Notes: generated by a model not told the origin, from the letters alone. A stretch of DNA of 64,000 nucleotides from Ramazzottius varieornatus (GCA_001949185.1 BDGG01000002.1:6438448-6502447), one strand, 5' to 3'. Numbered from the stretch's first letter, positions 12,372 through 26,743 are shown. Made by a program: numbers and translations.

Positions 12372-12979
12372 ACCTCATTTCGGATTGTGGAGATTGTGCT
12401 TTCCAGTAAGTTGATTTTTTTTTCTACTGACATTTCCCACTCCATGTTTTGGGTTCGGCAGTGCTGTGACAACCAGTTGTTGCTGTTGGATTTTGATCTT
12501 CTAAGAAGCGTAGTAGGGTGTTGTAGCTGGTCACTTCCGGTCGCGTACTCTCGATGAAGACTCAGACTTTTGCGTGATATTTCCGGGTTCGCGCTCCGAT
12601 TAAACGTGGTCTGCATGATGAGAAGATCAGGGATCAATCGTTTTTCTCTGCGGTCCTTGATAGCTTGTTCAGACCATCACTCGCACCTTGCAACTTGCAG
12701 TTCAGTGGCAGTCTGCTTCGAATGTTAGTGCGGACTGCGCACATCAGGTGAGAGTTGAAGTTTGCCTATATGTCCGGACCTGTTGATGACGTGTCACCCG
12801 CGAGACTGCCTAGTGTCTTTGAGAAACTTGTTCTGAGCATTCGATGATTCGGCCTTTCAAACGATTTCTTCTCATTTTAGCAACACAGTCTTCTCTGCTG
12901 GAATACTGGACATCTCCCGGCTTTGATACAGAAGTGAAATCCGCTTCTCGTTTAGTAGTTGGAGTTGGGCCTGGGAGCT

Positions 12980-13937
12980 ATGGAGCGACAAGTGCAGGTA
13001 CACCAGATTGATCTGAGCTGGCAGAGATGATACCAGACTGAGTTTACTGTTGCTGTAGTCCACTATGGTCGACGTGGCTCAATCACGGTGTCTGTTTCTT
13101 GCAGGACATCAGTTTGCATACAGTCAAAGCCCTGCTGATCCTCGACGCAGATGGTAATCGTTTGATTGCAAAAGTACGTGCAGCTATTCCGACGATGTTG
13201 TGTGAATAACGTTAATCGTGGGAATGTTGCAGTATTACGACGACAGGTTCCCTAACCTGAAGGAGCAGAAAGCATTTGAGCGAAATTTGTTTGCGAAAAC
13301 TCATAAAGCTAGTGGTAAGTGAATGCATCGCGCCTCAGTGGCGGCGTAAGAATGACATGTGTATGTAGGTCCTTGTTTCAGTACAGAGGGTTGATGTTTT
13401 TTAGGCGAGATTATACTCCTCGAAGGCCTAACCTGCGTCTACAGGAGCAACGTCGAACTCTTTTTCTACGTGATCGGAAGCAGTCATGAGAACGAGGTAA
13501 GAACTGTGTTCGGCACACTTCGTTCATTCTCCTGTAGTCTTCCGTGAATGACTAATCTTACAATGTCATGTACCTTCAGATTGCTCTTACACAAGTACTG
13601 AATTGTCTGTACGACACTTGCCAGCGCTTCTTGGGTAAAATATTCGATAGAAGAACATTTATGGACAACATGGACTCTGCCTTCCTCGTAGTGGACGAAA
13701 TTGTCGATGGCGGGTACGAAGTTTCTTTGAGGCGCGAACAACCGTTCAGAGAACCGTGTCATGGGTTCGTAAGAGTCGGTTTTGGTCTTTTACAGAGTGA
13801 TCTGCGAAATGGATCCTGACGTGATTGTTCAAAGAGCTTCCATTCGGACAGAAGAACAAACTCCATTGGGTGAGCAAACCGTTGCACAAGTTTTACAGTC
13901 TGCCAAAGAACAGTTCAAGTGGAGTTTATCAAAATGA
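12980..13937 (+). CDS. COPZ1: Coatomer subunit zeta (6 coding exons)
   Basis: Spliced translation [97 protein letters not shown]. Confidence 0.93.
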
Positions 13938-14055
13938 AAAAGGCCGCACTATACTTCAAATCAAAACTTAACAATCAACAAAACCATAAATTGGACAAAA
14001 TTGAGAGTCGTTGCGGCAGGTCCAACATTCCACAGTGCAGACTTTTCCTGCTTTT

Positions 14056-15818
14056 CTATCGTAATCTCACATGATCTCCATTACCGTAATAACTCATGTA
14101 AATGGACGAATAAACGTCGCTTGATCCAGCCTTCTCCGTGTACCGCCTTTTGCGTTTGTCTAAGATTATGATTACCAAGATGGTTGCGGAAATAATGATT
14201 AGGAAGGCTGCGATGCCGAGGACTACCGCGAAGACACCTTTCGGAACACACCACTGTCCCCGTATAGGCACTGGTTGAGCGATATCGTACGCCATTTCTA
14301 GACAATGAAATGAAGCTGAATTGTAAGGAAAAGACATCTATAGTCCCTTTCTTACCTGGATTTGCCGTTACCAACGCTTCAGCCATGCCGGGTTCCCGCA
14401 CGGTGATGCTACGGACAACCGCCACGGTTTTGGGTCTTTCCATATTAGGCTCAGATGTTCTTGACGCACTGTTGCTTCGCTTTACACGACCTATTGCTCT
14501 GCTCTTTTCACAGTGGGGAGGCTAAAACAAGAGCAGTATAGTTGGTAAAACAGACACAAGGTTCGAGCCTCGCTTGATTCGGGAGGGAATAACCGACACT
14601 TACGACCGGAAGTCGCTGACATTCGCCTGCGGCTTTCAAGCAAAACTTGAGGTTGCATTCGTAGTACAGGGAGTCCGTATATGGGAACTTGTGAGCACGG
14701 AAGATCACATAAGCTTGGGTGAGGTCGGATGAATAAGTGAACGGGCCGAACAAAGTTGGGTCCACCGGACACATGCAAAGAGAAAGTTGCTTATGGAAAG
14801 CTGATCGAAGTCTTTACGGGATGAGGCAAGACTTACCCTTTGCTGTTAATCAAAGGTTGGATCCCTCCCATGTCTCCACCGTCACGAACAAAGCAGTTCG
14901 TTATCAACATTCCGTATGTACTTTGCGACGCAAGGTTGATGACGAGAGCCACTGGATCCCCGATCGTCACAGCTTCCGCCATCACGCGAGACTCGGAGGT
15001 TCCTTTATAAATGGACATCCCCACTTGCGGGAGCAGGGCGGATGCTTCCAGCTGCATGGCCGGTAGAGTGTCACTGCACAGAAAGGGCGATAAGTTTCAA
15101 AAGTATATTTTATGGTAGGAAAGGATACTTCGTACCTCATGTTCATGGTGGCTACAATGGTCGTATTCATACTCTCATATTTACAGCGGATACTGTATAT
15201 TTTATCTGCCTGAGTGACCAAGTGTCGATGAACCTGGATTGTTATAACGTTTTGGTACTCCATGCCTGTCTACAGAAATTTACAATCAGTTCCAAACTTC
15301 TGTGAATTCACCTCGGAAAGAGATTTAATCTACCGGTATTTCCTGGAAGGCAGCATTGCAGCCGGTAAGAGGCAAAGAATAGGTGGTGACGGCTGTCCGG
15401 GAAGTTGAATTGTCATTATAAATCCGTTCGCAAGCGCTCTTTCCAAGACCTTTGGGATATACCCGTCCTGTAAAGGGCTTGCTGGTTCGAATGACCAAGC
15501 GAATCTCTGTCGGATCACAGTCAATGTCGACACCTGTTACAGTGAAATTTCCAATGAATATAATCTTTCGATATTTCAAACCTAAAATTTTCGATGACAG
15601 AGTGTCGACCCAACCATTTAAGACCAGTATTCAATTTAAGACCAGTATTCAACATAAGATGCGAAATAAAACGTACTTTGAACCTGGTTTCCCAGATCAT
15701 CCGATATCGCTTCCGCTCTGAACCATAAGGAAATCAACAGTAGCAACGAAATGTAGGCGCCTAAACAATCCCCTGGTAATCCGTAGATTCCGGAGCTCCG
15801 CATCCTGTAGGCTGTCAT
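14056..15818 (-). CDS. ZP-domain (cuticlin-like) transmembrane apical-matrix protein
   Basis: Hydrophobic N-terminus, ZP-N (CDPTEI..FTGRVY..YQNVITIQ.H..LVTQAD..Y.IRC.Y), ZP-C (CFVRDG, GCPVDPTLF, AHKFP..YYECNLKFC), RVKR furin site, C-terminal TM helix. Confidence 0.9.
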
Positions 15819-17174
15819 CCAAGGTCAGTCTTCGATTATATGTATCGCGGGCCTCATTCGAGTTCCATCTACCACACTTTAGATCCTGTACATGTCGTGG
15901 ACTGAGGAAGTCGGTTAAATCCGAAGAAGTGATTTTCCAAAATCCAGCTCGCAACGAACGAACGAACCGGTGTGGTCTCCTAAATTCCTGGGGCGGGCCT
16001 CTCCAAATGTCGCTTCAGTGTTTTGTCGTTCAGTAAATCCCTGATGGCGGAAAGGTCGAAGTCTCCGAAATTCCGACTAGACTTCAGCTATGGACAGTAG
16101 GATATCGAATGAACTGAATGAGCAAATTAAAACCTTGAGCATGTCATTAACATTCGCAAATATAAAAAACACGTGCAAGATGTGCAGTCCAATAAGCCGA
16201 AACAATAGGTTTCATGGTATGAACTGATGTTTACTGAAACGTACCAATGCCGAATGATTCGCCTGACCGATCAGTGATCATGATGTCAGATGTCAGATGA
16301 GAACCCCGAGACGATTACGGGTCTCACTAATGCGATCAAACCGCCAACGACCATTTTCCCTCTGCCTCGTCTGGCCTCACGCAAAGAACCAGTCGCGCGA
16401 CCTCCCAAGGTGACGTAATGAGGAAACAAATAGTAGAGATTCATGTATGACGATCTTGATTCTCGAAACATTCGGTTGTTTTAGATCCAACGAAACCGAA
16501 AGACAGGTACAGCATCAGCATCCGTTCATCGCCACAGCATCAGAGACATTCTCGTTGATTACAATGAACAGCATTGGCTGAAAAAATTCATGACTATGAT
16601 AATCACGGGTGACCGCGACGAAACAAATGTTTTCCCACCGTTGAATGAACGAAGAGTCTCTTAAGGTTTTAGATCTTCGGTAGAGGAACGTAACTCTAGT
16701 ATGGGCGTTGTCTGATGGGTTATTGAATGCATAATGTTTTGTGGGCGGGAAGAAAACGAGGAGACTGATCGTAAAGTTCTCCGGCATGTTTTATACATTG
16801 ATTCCAAAACAACCCGCTTGAACCCTAAGTATCTTTTTTATTCTATGAAACTACGCCCTATCAAGTTTGTACCCAGCAGAAAAACAACGCAACGAAGGTC
16901 ACTGTTCTGATGATACGGCTGGCCGAATCCTAAACAGCTACGGTGAAAGGCACCACCAGCCATGCGCCGCATTGCGCGGGTTGATACGTACACATTTACG
17001 AGCTGGTCGTGCTGAAGGTTTAATCTAACGCTCGGCTCTTATTGTGAATCAAGACATCTTACTCCTTGAGCGAATTTTTACATGCCATCGGTACAGAAGG
17101 TACAAAACACAGCCTGGAGAAAAATTGCTACAGTAGCTATAAAAACGAAGCTCAAAAATACTTCGGGAAATGTC

Positions 17175-18642
17175 CTATCTAGCCACGACAAAGGTGTTAT
17201 TAGACGCGGATCTGAACAGAGGGATGGCTGCAGCGGAAGTGGGAGACTTAACCGACACCAATGAAGACAGAATTTCTCGAAGGGACTTAGCTTCTGACGC
17301 AGCGGCCTCCAGGTTCGCGGATTCCGGCAAGACACTTCGGTATACGTTGGAACTGGCACCGTAGGCCATGCCACTACCACCAGTACCGTAGGATCCTCCG
17401 TTGTTCGGACTACCGCCAGAGTACCCAGAACTGCCACTCGAGTAGCCTGCGCCGCCTGATGAACCGCTACCGTAACCTCCGCTGGATCCACTAGAACTGC
17501 TGTATCCTGAACCGCCAGAAAGTCCGGATCCAGAACCACCGTAGCTGTTCGTGTATAGGTCGTCGAAGAGCCGGAGATCTTGTCGGTAAATTCTTGGATT
17601 GGAGTAATCCACATAGTTTACGGAGCTGGAAATAATCAAAGATATGGCAATATACAGTACATACTTCAGATTAGAATAAGGTTCGGCGCACTCACTTCGG
17701 GCAGTTCACGTTGAACCTAAAATGAAATACGATTTAACGATAAATTTTCAAACTTTTCGCATAAAAATGTTGTGAGTAGCCCGACGTTTCTTACCACCAA
17801 TCGCACACCAGCGTAATTTGGTTAAATAACTACAGTTGGAAACAAGAGGAGTCAGATTAATCATATGTCAACTGAAGTCCACGAGAGGTCTTCGTTACTT
17901 ACAGTGCCATTCGGACAGATGTATGAGAACATGTAGTTATTCGCCTCGCATCGACTAGAAGAAAAAGGCACGGTGAAACTTTGGCTTCGACAACTGGGGC
18001 AGCAACGGATAGATTACCGGAAGACCTGGCATCTTGTCTCGGTATCGGCGTAAAATCCGAACTGTTTCACTTGGGAACATGAGAACGTGGTCTGTGGGAT
18101 GTAACTGTACGTGGGATACGTAGTTCCGGCGTAAGCATTGGACATCAGCGCTTGAATTTCGGTGGCGGTAAGAGCCTGGCAATAAATACACGCTGAGATG
18201 CAAATGCGTCTCGAGAAAGTAATCTATTGCCCGCTTACGTCACTTCCGCGTAGCTGGTCGAGTGCGACGAACACATTCGGGTTCTGGGCAGGAATCACGT
18301 TGTTCGAGCCGTATAATCCAAATGATGAGGTTCCCGAACTTCCCAAACCATAACCAGGTAATTGGACTGATCCCGAACTTCCATAGCCAGCCAGGGCGGA
18401 ACTTCCGGCTGGGTACGACGAGCCTCCTGCCGATCCTCCATACCCTGCTTGCCTCCTCAACTAGAAAAAAGCAACAACAAGTCATCAGAGATATGACCAA
18501 GAAACGTTGTTTTTGAAGAAGGGAACAAATTCGGTTTGGCAGCATTTACCTTGCTGACTTGCTTTCCGCAAGTAGAAGATATAAAAAATAAGCAGACCAG
18601 CCGGTTGATCATCTCGGCGAGGGATAGGTTATTCCAGTTCAT
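17175..18642 (-). CDS. Secreted chitin-binding type-2 (CBM14/CPAP1-like) protein with Gly/Ser/Tyr-rich flanks
   Basis: Spliced YPTYSYIPQTTFSC..GFYADTETRCQVFRRC..SYICPNGTLFNQITLVCDWWFNVNC (6 Cys), split over several small exons. GGSGYSS-type low-complexity region. Confidence 0.9.
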
Positions 18643-19320
18643 ATCCAGAAAATATGTTCGGAAAACTGGCGAGATCGCCTCGGATCGCCTAGGATCAGGG
18701 AAGGACGATTGTCAAAGACCTGGCTCGATACCAACTAAGGCGCTAGTGATGGGACACCACAGCACAGTGTTCTGATGTCTGGAGTTTCGAAATGTCGCCG
18801 TTATAAGGTGGGCCTAGTACCCGGTACATTGTGAAAGACTTCTGGTGCTTGACAAGATTGTGCAATCGACATATTAGTAAAAGCGTATCGATTATAAACG
18901 ATGGATAAGAGTTGAGCAACATTCTTGCGATTTTTCATAGGACGAAGCAGGGATGCTGCTCTTGTATGCCTGAGACCGCTGGCTGCTCCGGCACGTCCGT
19001 GTTGACCGGTGGATGACCGTTGACAGCTTTGTAAACGAACCAAGTGCTACCTGTCATCACTGCATAATTTACCGGAGCACATCTAGGAAACACACCAGCG
19101 TAACACAACAGTGTGACACTCCATAAAAAATTATCCAAATTTACAAATCGTGCAGTAAGAGGGTAAGACCACTTACGCAGCTTTGGCCCCAAGACCTCGT
19201 AACCGTAGGATCACGAAGTCTTATAAAAGCCCAACATTTTCGATACGGAGTCTTCTAAAAGATGAAAACGTCTCATCGTTGTAGGGAGATATATCTACCC
19301 GGAAGTAACTACCCGGCTAT

Positions 19321-20226
19321 TTAGCTCTTGCGTGATGGGTTGAAAGGGTCGAAGAGTTTCGGGTCGTTGTAGTAGATGGGTTCCGTGTACACGTAAGGCA
19401 TAAAACCTACAGAGACACAAAGAAATTTATCCTCAACTGCGAACGGTTCTAAGTTAAGTTAGGTCTCCCCAGAAGGGTTAGCAGAAAAGATTCAGCCACG
19501 AACCTGCTCTTTGGCTCATCTTGATGGCTTGGACGACCTGTTCAGCGCGGTAACGACAAAGTCCAGTAGTCTGCCGGTCATATAGTTTGCCCGTAAACCG
19601 CGATACGAACTGGGAAAGTAGCCTCGGGTTCTGCAAGAGAATCTTGATTGCTGCATACTTGACTTATCTTCCATACCAGCACGCCAGCATGGGTAGACTA
19701 CAGGTCTTCGGATATGCCGCTTTACCTTATAGTCTACTTCGACATCATATTTACATAATATGCATTTCTGTCGGGGCTTCTTGTAGGGATTTGGCATGTT
19801 TCGCATCGGCTGGAATCAGTAAACGTGAAATGTGAGAGCAAGAACACAACAGGGAACAGCATAGAGTTCACGCCTGACAAAACGTACCAGGTCGCCTTGC
19901 ATAGACTGTAATAAGTTCTCCACGTTGTTTAACGAAAATTCCGACTCTTGCTCCCCCTGGGCTTTCTCGAAGTACCGACGGCGCTGATGGGTGAAATTTA
20001 AGTTTCCTTCTGTATCAATGAAATACCAGTACTGGGGAGGCAGAAGAACGGTCCGCCGCGGCTGCTGGGAGAGTTTGGAGCCTATTAGGTGAACAGGTAC
20101 ATATACGTAGTAATCGAGCGCAGTAATCAGCCAAGATTCCCTTTTCTTACCGGTGATGCTTAACAATCCCGACGATTCCTGTATGATTCGAGATCCCCGT
20201 TGGGCGCACTTCAAGGCAATAGCCAT
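19321..20226 (-). CDS. MRPS18C: Mitochondrial ribosomal protein S18C
   Basis: PNPYKKPRQKCILC..VDYKNPRLLSQFVS.FTG.LY....TGLC...AGFMP....P.YYNDPKLF. Confidence 0.9.
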
Positions 20227-20698
20227 GGTCCTGTTGTGGTAAGAAGGGCCGGGAACGCTGGGCTAGCATCCACAATCCAGCAACGCGGAGCTTTCAGACG
20301 GACGGAAACGCTGATCCCTACTCGGGATTTCAACAAGCAAGAAAGAGTTTCCAGCACCCGTCCTCAGTGTGAATGATGATGCGGCTCGAAGGCTAGACTA
20401 AGGCTATGCACGAAGCGAGGGAGTCTGCACTCAATATCTGGAATAAAATCGGGAAAAATCACCACCGGAAGTGGCAAGGATTTCGCCACAGCGTTATCCC
20501 AGTCATGCCGTGTACTATGACATGACAGTATCCCACGATATCAACTTGATTGGAACCTGTATTGATTGGGTATTTGGGCTTACGATTTGATGCGGAATCA
20601 AATTTTCTCCGACGGCAGTCGCATCTTTCTTCCCAATCCCGTCACTCCGTCACTTCCTTTGCAGGTTCGGTCCAGACTACTACGTCACCACAGCAAGC
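20227..20698. promoter_or_regulatory. Putative bidirectional promoter between two mitochondrial-protein genes
   Basis: MRPS18C and SUCLG2 ATGs lie ~470 bp apart head-to-head. ETS-type ACCGGAAGTG near 20464 and ATGACATGAC at 20517-26. Confidence 0.55.
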
Positions 20699-22350
20699 AT
20701 GGCAACTTCAACACTTCGCTTCCTGCAGCGTACGAGTGGCGTCGTCCTCCGATCTTGTCACCCCGAGTTCACCTGGGCGGCGTGTCAGAAGCGAGCTCTC
20801 AGCTTGCAGGAATACCAGAGCAAGCAGTTGATGCAAGATTACGGCATCAACATCCAGCGATTCCAGGTAGTTGGTGCGAATGAAGAGATCGGTAAGGCGG
20901 TGGAAAACCTCAACAGGCAGTGTGGGAAAGTCAAAGAGTACGTCATCAAGGCTCAGATTCTGGCGGGTGGACGAGGTAAAGGCACCTTCAAGGAGAACGG
21001 GTTCAAAGGAGGTGTCAAACTGACTACCAAGACCGACGAAGTGGCACAGTTCGTGAGCAAGATGTTGGGATGTAGGCTGGTCACACACCAGACAACGGAA
21101 GATGGAGTGAAGGTGCAGAGAGTCATGATTGCTGAAGCCTTGGATATTGCTAAAGAAACGTATGTCGCTTTTCTGATGGTGCGACAGGCTGACCATGAAG
21201 GACCGGCTTGCGTCTACTCGGCTAAAGGTGGTGTGGACATCGAGCAGGTGTCGGAAGAGTCACCGGAAGCTATCCATACGGAGTATATAGACATTGACAC
21301 TGGAATTACGGCCGAACAAGCGATGAAGATTGCGAAGGGTTTGGAGTTCGAAGAGAAATACCTGGAAGAGGCCAAGAACCAGATCATGAAGCTGTACAAC
21401 CTCTTCATGAAAGTCGACGCAACACAGGTACGTAACAAAGTTGATATCCGTTAAAAGATATCGCATTATGTAGGGTTCCATTTGCAGGTGGAAATCAATC
21501 CCTTTGGTCAGACGCCGGACGGTAGGATAGTCTGCTTCGATGCCAAACTCGTAAGTTCGTTGCGCCTCATGCTATGACTGCGGATCTTCTTTTGTACCAG
21601 AGATGTCGTATGTTTCCAGAGCTTTGATGATAATGCGGAATTCCGGCAGAAGAATGTTTTCGGGATGGGTGACACTTCAGAAAGTGATCCTCGCGAGGTC
21701 GAAGCTCAGAAAGCTCAGTTGAATTACATTGGTCTGAACGGAAACATCGGCTGCTTGGGTAAGATATCCGGAGACCAGATCATCGTACTTGCAGGCAAGA
21801 ATATAGCTATGGATTACAGAGAGTGTTTCTTTGCAGTGAACGGAGCTGGACTTGCGATGGCTACAATGGTTAGCTCTTTCTAATGCTCGATGTGGATGAT
21901 GGATAGCTTTTGACGATCGTCATTTTGATTTTAGGATCTTATCAAACTGAACGGCGGAGAGCCAGCCAACTTCCTCGATGTCGGAGGAAATGTGAAGGAA
22001 GAGCAAGTGCAAGAAGCCTTCAGAATCCTGAGCGACGACAAGAAAGTCAAAGCAATTTTGGTCAATATTTTCGGCGGTATCGTCAACTGTGCCACTATCG
22101 CCAACGGTATTATCAACGCATCAAGGAACATCAAACTTGGCATACCGCTGATAGTTCGTTTAGAAGGTAATGTTCGGCCGTATGAGTAGCTCCGCGCATA
22201 GGATCTGCTGTCCTGATGATCTTTCCTTTGTTTGTAGGTACAAACGCCGACGAAGCTAGAAGGCTACTTGCCGACAGCAAACTGCCCATTACGGCAGCCG
22301 CGTCGTTCGAAGAAGCAGCTCAGAAAGCTGTAGCGTGCTTGAAAAAGTAA
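20699..22350 (+). CDS. SUCLG2: Succinate-CoA ligase [GDP-forming] beta subunit
   Basis: [66 protein letters not shown] (GDP-type signature). Confidence 0.94.
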
Positions 22351-22936
22351 CCACACGTCCTCTGAGTTTCACTGAGGAAACGGTAGGTTTTAGTTTTATG
22401 CTAATTTTGTTTTTCTTTCCTTCGCAAGATTCCATAATTTTCTGTTCACGAACTTTAGCCGGCACAATAGTGACTTTTATTCTTTATCCAACGACGTCAT
22501 ACCAAAGTAAGACGGGGATCGGTTTTGAACCATTCGGGCTCGTTTTAACGAATCATCTCGCACCCTCAGTCATTGACACGGTAAATTTACGGCTGTCGCA
22601 CGACGTCCCATTAAGAATGCCGTCCATGCGCTTAAAATAGCCAGTGATGCCGTATGCTGCAAAAGCCACCGCTCATGTGGCAAGGCAGATCAAAATGAGA
22701 AGATCCATCATGCATGGATGTTGGACCTCCGAAACAAGCTTATGGATGAACTTTCCGTGACCAGCCGTCTGTAGTAGGCTGCAACACATTGGAAGTCACT
22801 TTTCGATTAGGATTTCTGAGCATTTGATAGTTCTTCGGCTTAGTATTGAATACTGAGAATCTGTTTAATGTGACTTTGATAGAGTGATTGGGTGGACTTT
22901 GAAGAAGGGAGACAGATTCGGCTTTGACAGTCCGGA

Positions 22937-25900
22937 ATGTGGAGCAGTCATTTATGGGGGACTTTTGCATGTCATGCCGCTTTGCTATGTGGGATAGCGG
23001 CTTCCTTGCGTACTGTCAAGATAGGTAAGCAAACCAGTTGGATATATTCATGTTTCATGTTTCCCCGATAGTTTTGCTGTCACAGCTAACCTGAGTTTTC
23101 TCCTTTATAGCCGGAATCTTCGATGAGAGAAGTCCACTTCAGACGCAAAAGGTTTTCCAGTATGCGGTGCAGAATATCAACGAAGGACGATCTGGCTCGG
23201 CACTTCCGGGTACGACACTGGTTCCACGGACCATTCGCGACTTTCGAGCGGATCTTTTCCTTGGGCCGAAAATAAGTACGTTGTTCTCTCTTAGACGAAT
23301 AAGACTCGAAAAACGCTTTCCACTTGGTCTTGTTTATAGTATGCGACTTGGCCGAAGAAGGCACCGCAGCTGTTTTTGGATCGCAGCGGGAAGTATCGAC
23401 GGCGTTCGTGGCGTCGCTAGCCAATGTGACCAATTTGCCATACCTAATTAGCAGATGGAAGACATCGACGAAAGACTCTTCCATGGAGATCAACCTCCAT
23501 CCAGACCACCAGGCGACATCCAGGGCGCTCTTTGACTTGATAAGATATTTCAACTGGACATCGTTTGCACTAATATACGACGATGCAGGCAGTAAGTTGC
23601 CGCTAAAAGAAGGTCGACTAAAGCGTATAGCAGGCTTTTTTTTCTAAATCATTTTTTCTTACCATTCATTCTAAGACCGGAATCTTCCGTAGGTTTGGCA
23701 CGAGCCAGTACGCTTCTGGATGGTACCAACAAGCTAAAGCCCGATATCTTCAAGCTGGACCGCTCGGATATCGAGTCAACACTGCGGGACGTCCAGTCAA
23801 CCGGCACCTCGTTTATTGTCATCGACTGCCCAGGACCTGTGGCGGGTGAAGTATTGAAAGTGGCAAAAGAAATGGACATGATCACTTTCTACTACCACTA
23901 CATCTTGTCCACTTGGGTTCGTCGAACTTTTCGTGCATTATAACGTTTATCGGACTGGATGTCAGTTATTTTCATGTGCACGGATTGCTTTTGCAGGATA
24001 TCCATCTGATGGACGTGATCGAGTACTCGGCGACCTTTGTAAACATAACGAGCTTCCAGCTTGTCGACATGGAAGATCCGAGATTGATGAAACTGAGTGC
24101 TGGCCTGAAGGGCGAGAAAGGACCAACTTTCAACCAACGGCTGGATATCAGCGTGAGTTTGTCGGTACCGGATAACAGCTCTTACGCTAGGATAGAATAA
24201 TAAACAGAATGCGCTCACTCCTGCAGACGGATTCGTATCTCGTGTACGATGCCGTCAACCTTTTCGTGAAGGCCGCCAAACGGGTAATTGGTGAGAAAGG
24301 AGCCTTAGGCGTCAGCTCCGTCTCCTGTAGCAGGAAGCAATACTGGAAACACGGGCGAAGCTTTCGCGACGCCATACTTGGGGTACGTTCTGAGGCTTCG
24401 AAGCAGATATTGTGTTGTAATCGAACGGTATATTGACAGACGAAACTGAAAGGTCTGACCGGCGATATAAGCTTCGACGCTCACGGAAAGCGGACCAACG
24501 TTCGCCTACATATCGTCGAACCTCTGCGGACCGGCTTGCAGAAGGTCGGATACTGGACTGCGGAAAGCGGCGTCCAAATCAAGTTCAACTACACTGGACA
24601 ACGGCAGTCGTTCCAGACTTCGGTCCGAAACCGCGCTTTACGGGTCCTCGCAAAACTCGTAAGTATGAGCCAGATGTTACAACCAGCTCCCCGAGTAGCT
24701 TGTACATGAAACTCTGAAAGCTCTTCGCAAACAAACTCGACGATCCTCCTCCCCCAACTGGCGCATGTTTTGAGCGCTATCGGCGGCAAGTGTATGGCAG
24801 TTGGAAAAAATGATCTGGTTGCTAGTTTGTTCGCTGAGTTCTCGATACCGTACAGTGTATATTAATTTCTTTCTCGTAGGAGTCGCCGTATGTGATGGAA
24901 AAGCATAATGCTTCCCTCTACGAAGGGAATGACCGCTACCGAGGTTACTGTGTAGACCTACTCTCCAACCTCAGCGCCACACTGAACTTCTCCTATGAAC
25001 TCGTCGTCTCCAATCTGCCCTATGGTTTCCAAGATCCAAAGACCAGAGAATGGCATGGGTTGGTTCGAGAGCTGATTGACAAGAAGGGCGACATGGTTCT
25101 TGGTGCCATGACCATAACGCGAGACAGAGAGGAAGTCGTGGACTTTTCGCAGCCGTTCCTCTACCTCGGAGTCCGCATTCTTTTGAAGAAACCCGAGAAG
25201 AAGCCACCGGCGCTGTTCTCTTTCTTGGATCCGCTGACTATGGATGTGTGGATTTACATCCTCATTGCCTATTTGACCATGTCATTGTTTCTTTTCTTCA
25301 TTGGTCGGTTCAGCCCGTATGAATGGTACAACCCGAATCCGTGTATCGAGGAAGCTGGCGTTGTGGAGAACCAGTTCTCCATATTCAATGCAACATGGTT
25401 CACCATTGGGTCTCTGATGCAAGTGGGAACTGAGATTGCTCCACGTGCGGTGTCAACTCGACTTCTGGCTGGCATTTGGTGGTTCTTTACTATGGTAAGT
25501 TTCTTCATCGTTCACGCGTTCCGGCGTTGGCAGATTTTCTGCATGAGGATTCTATTTCTAGATAATGGTGGGCAGTTACACAGCTAACTTGGCTGCTTAT
25601 CTCACCGCAGAGCGTATGAAACTTCCGATCGAGAACGCGCAAGATCTGGTGAAGCAAAATCAGATCAAGTACGGGTGCTTTGAAGGTGGTGCCACCTGCA
25701 AATTTTTTGAGGTAGTTCGCTGTTGCTCGCACAGTCAACGTATTCACCGATAGATTTTGATGTGGGTGTTCTAATTTGTTTTATTTTGACGACAGCGCTC
25801 GGTGTATCCGGACTACATGCGCATGTGGGATGCAATCAAAGCGGACCCTAACAATTTCGTTCACAGTCACGAAGAGGGCGTCGCAAAGGTCAAAGAATCC

Positions 25901-26599
25901 ACCGGAACTAAAGGCTATGCGTACCTAATGGAGTCAATCACGCTCGAATACATCACTTCCAGGGACTGTAACGTGATAGGTATCGGAAATCCTTTAGACA
26001 CAAAAGGCTACGGTGTGGCTTTCCCTAAGAGTAAGCCATGTTGTAACACAATTAACCTCCGTAAAATACTGTCTTGTCATGGTTTGATTATTAGATTCGC
26101 CTTTTCGAAAGGAAATCTCTGTGGCCATTCTCACTCAACAAGACAAAGGGTTTCTGGAGGAGTTTCGAATTAAGTGGTGGAAGAAAGAAGACGGCGGGAA
26201 TACATGTGAAGATGTCAAAGCCTCTTCCGGCACCAATGCAATGGGGCTCGATATGGTGGGCGGAGTGTTTGTGGTGGTCTTACTCGGCATCGGATTAGGC
26301 GTCCTGGTTGCCATCTTCGAGTTCACGTGGAAAGCTCAGAGAAACCCAGATGTTTATAAGGTGCGGCGTGATATCGAAAAGTGACGGTTCGTGGTCCCAA
26401 GTCGATGTCTTGTGATTTTGTTTTTCAGGAAGCGCTAATGAAGGAAATTATGAAAGCCTTGCACGACGCGGTGCGTTCGCCCTTCACGCACTCAAAGTCG
26501 ACTATTCGCCAGTCGAACCACGGGCAGTTTTCTGGGCATGACGATAACACAGCGGTACCGCTGCCTCATGATCGAGCGCTGTTTCCGTCGTCTTTTTGA
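22937..26599 (+). CDS. Ionotropic glutamate receptor, kainate-like
   Basis: Signal peptide, ATD, S1 ([22 protein letters not shown]), M1 (LFSFLDPL), M2 ([11 protein letters not shown]), SYTANLAA, S2 (YAYLMES), M4 (VGGVFVV). Confidence 0.93.
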
Positions 26600-26743
26600 T
26601 GGCTTATGTACAGGTAGAAATTTCTCTAAAGAATGATTCGAATGAAATACTGACCACAAAGAGACAGATCATTGAAACATGGGCAAGTGAATTGAACCGA
26701 CTAGGTTTCCCATTGCTTTTGGCTGGAAGCTTGCGGCTCTCGT

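Noticed and set aside
15113-15135. GTATCCTT U12-type donor motif on - (also near 61955)
   Set aside because: It lies a few bases inside ordinary GT-AG introns whose U2-type donors already keep frame.
15617-15652. 18-bp tandem duplication (also a 15-bp duplication at about 40676 and a CA repeat at about 28152)
   Set aside because: Ordinary slippage events. Not CRISPR-like: no spacers, and the context is eukaryotic.
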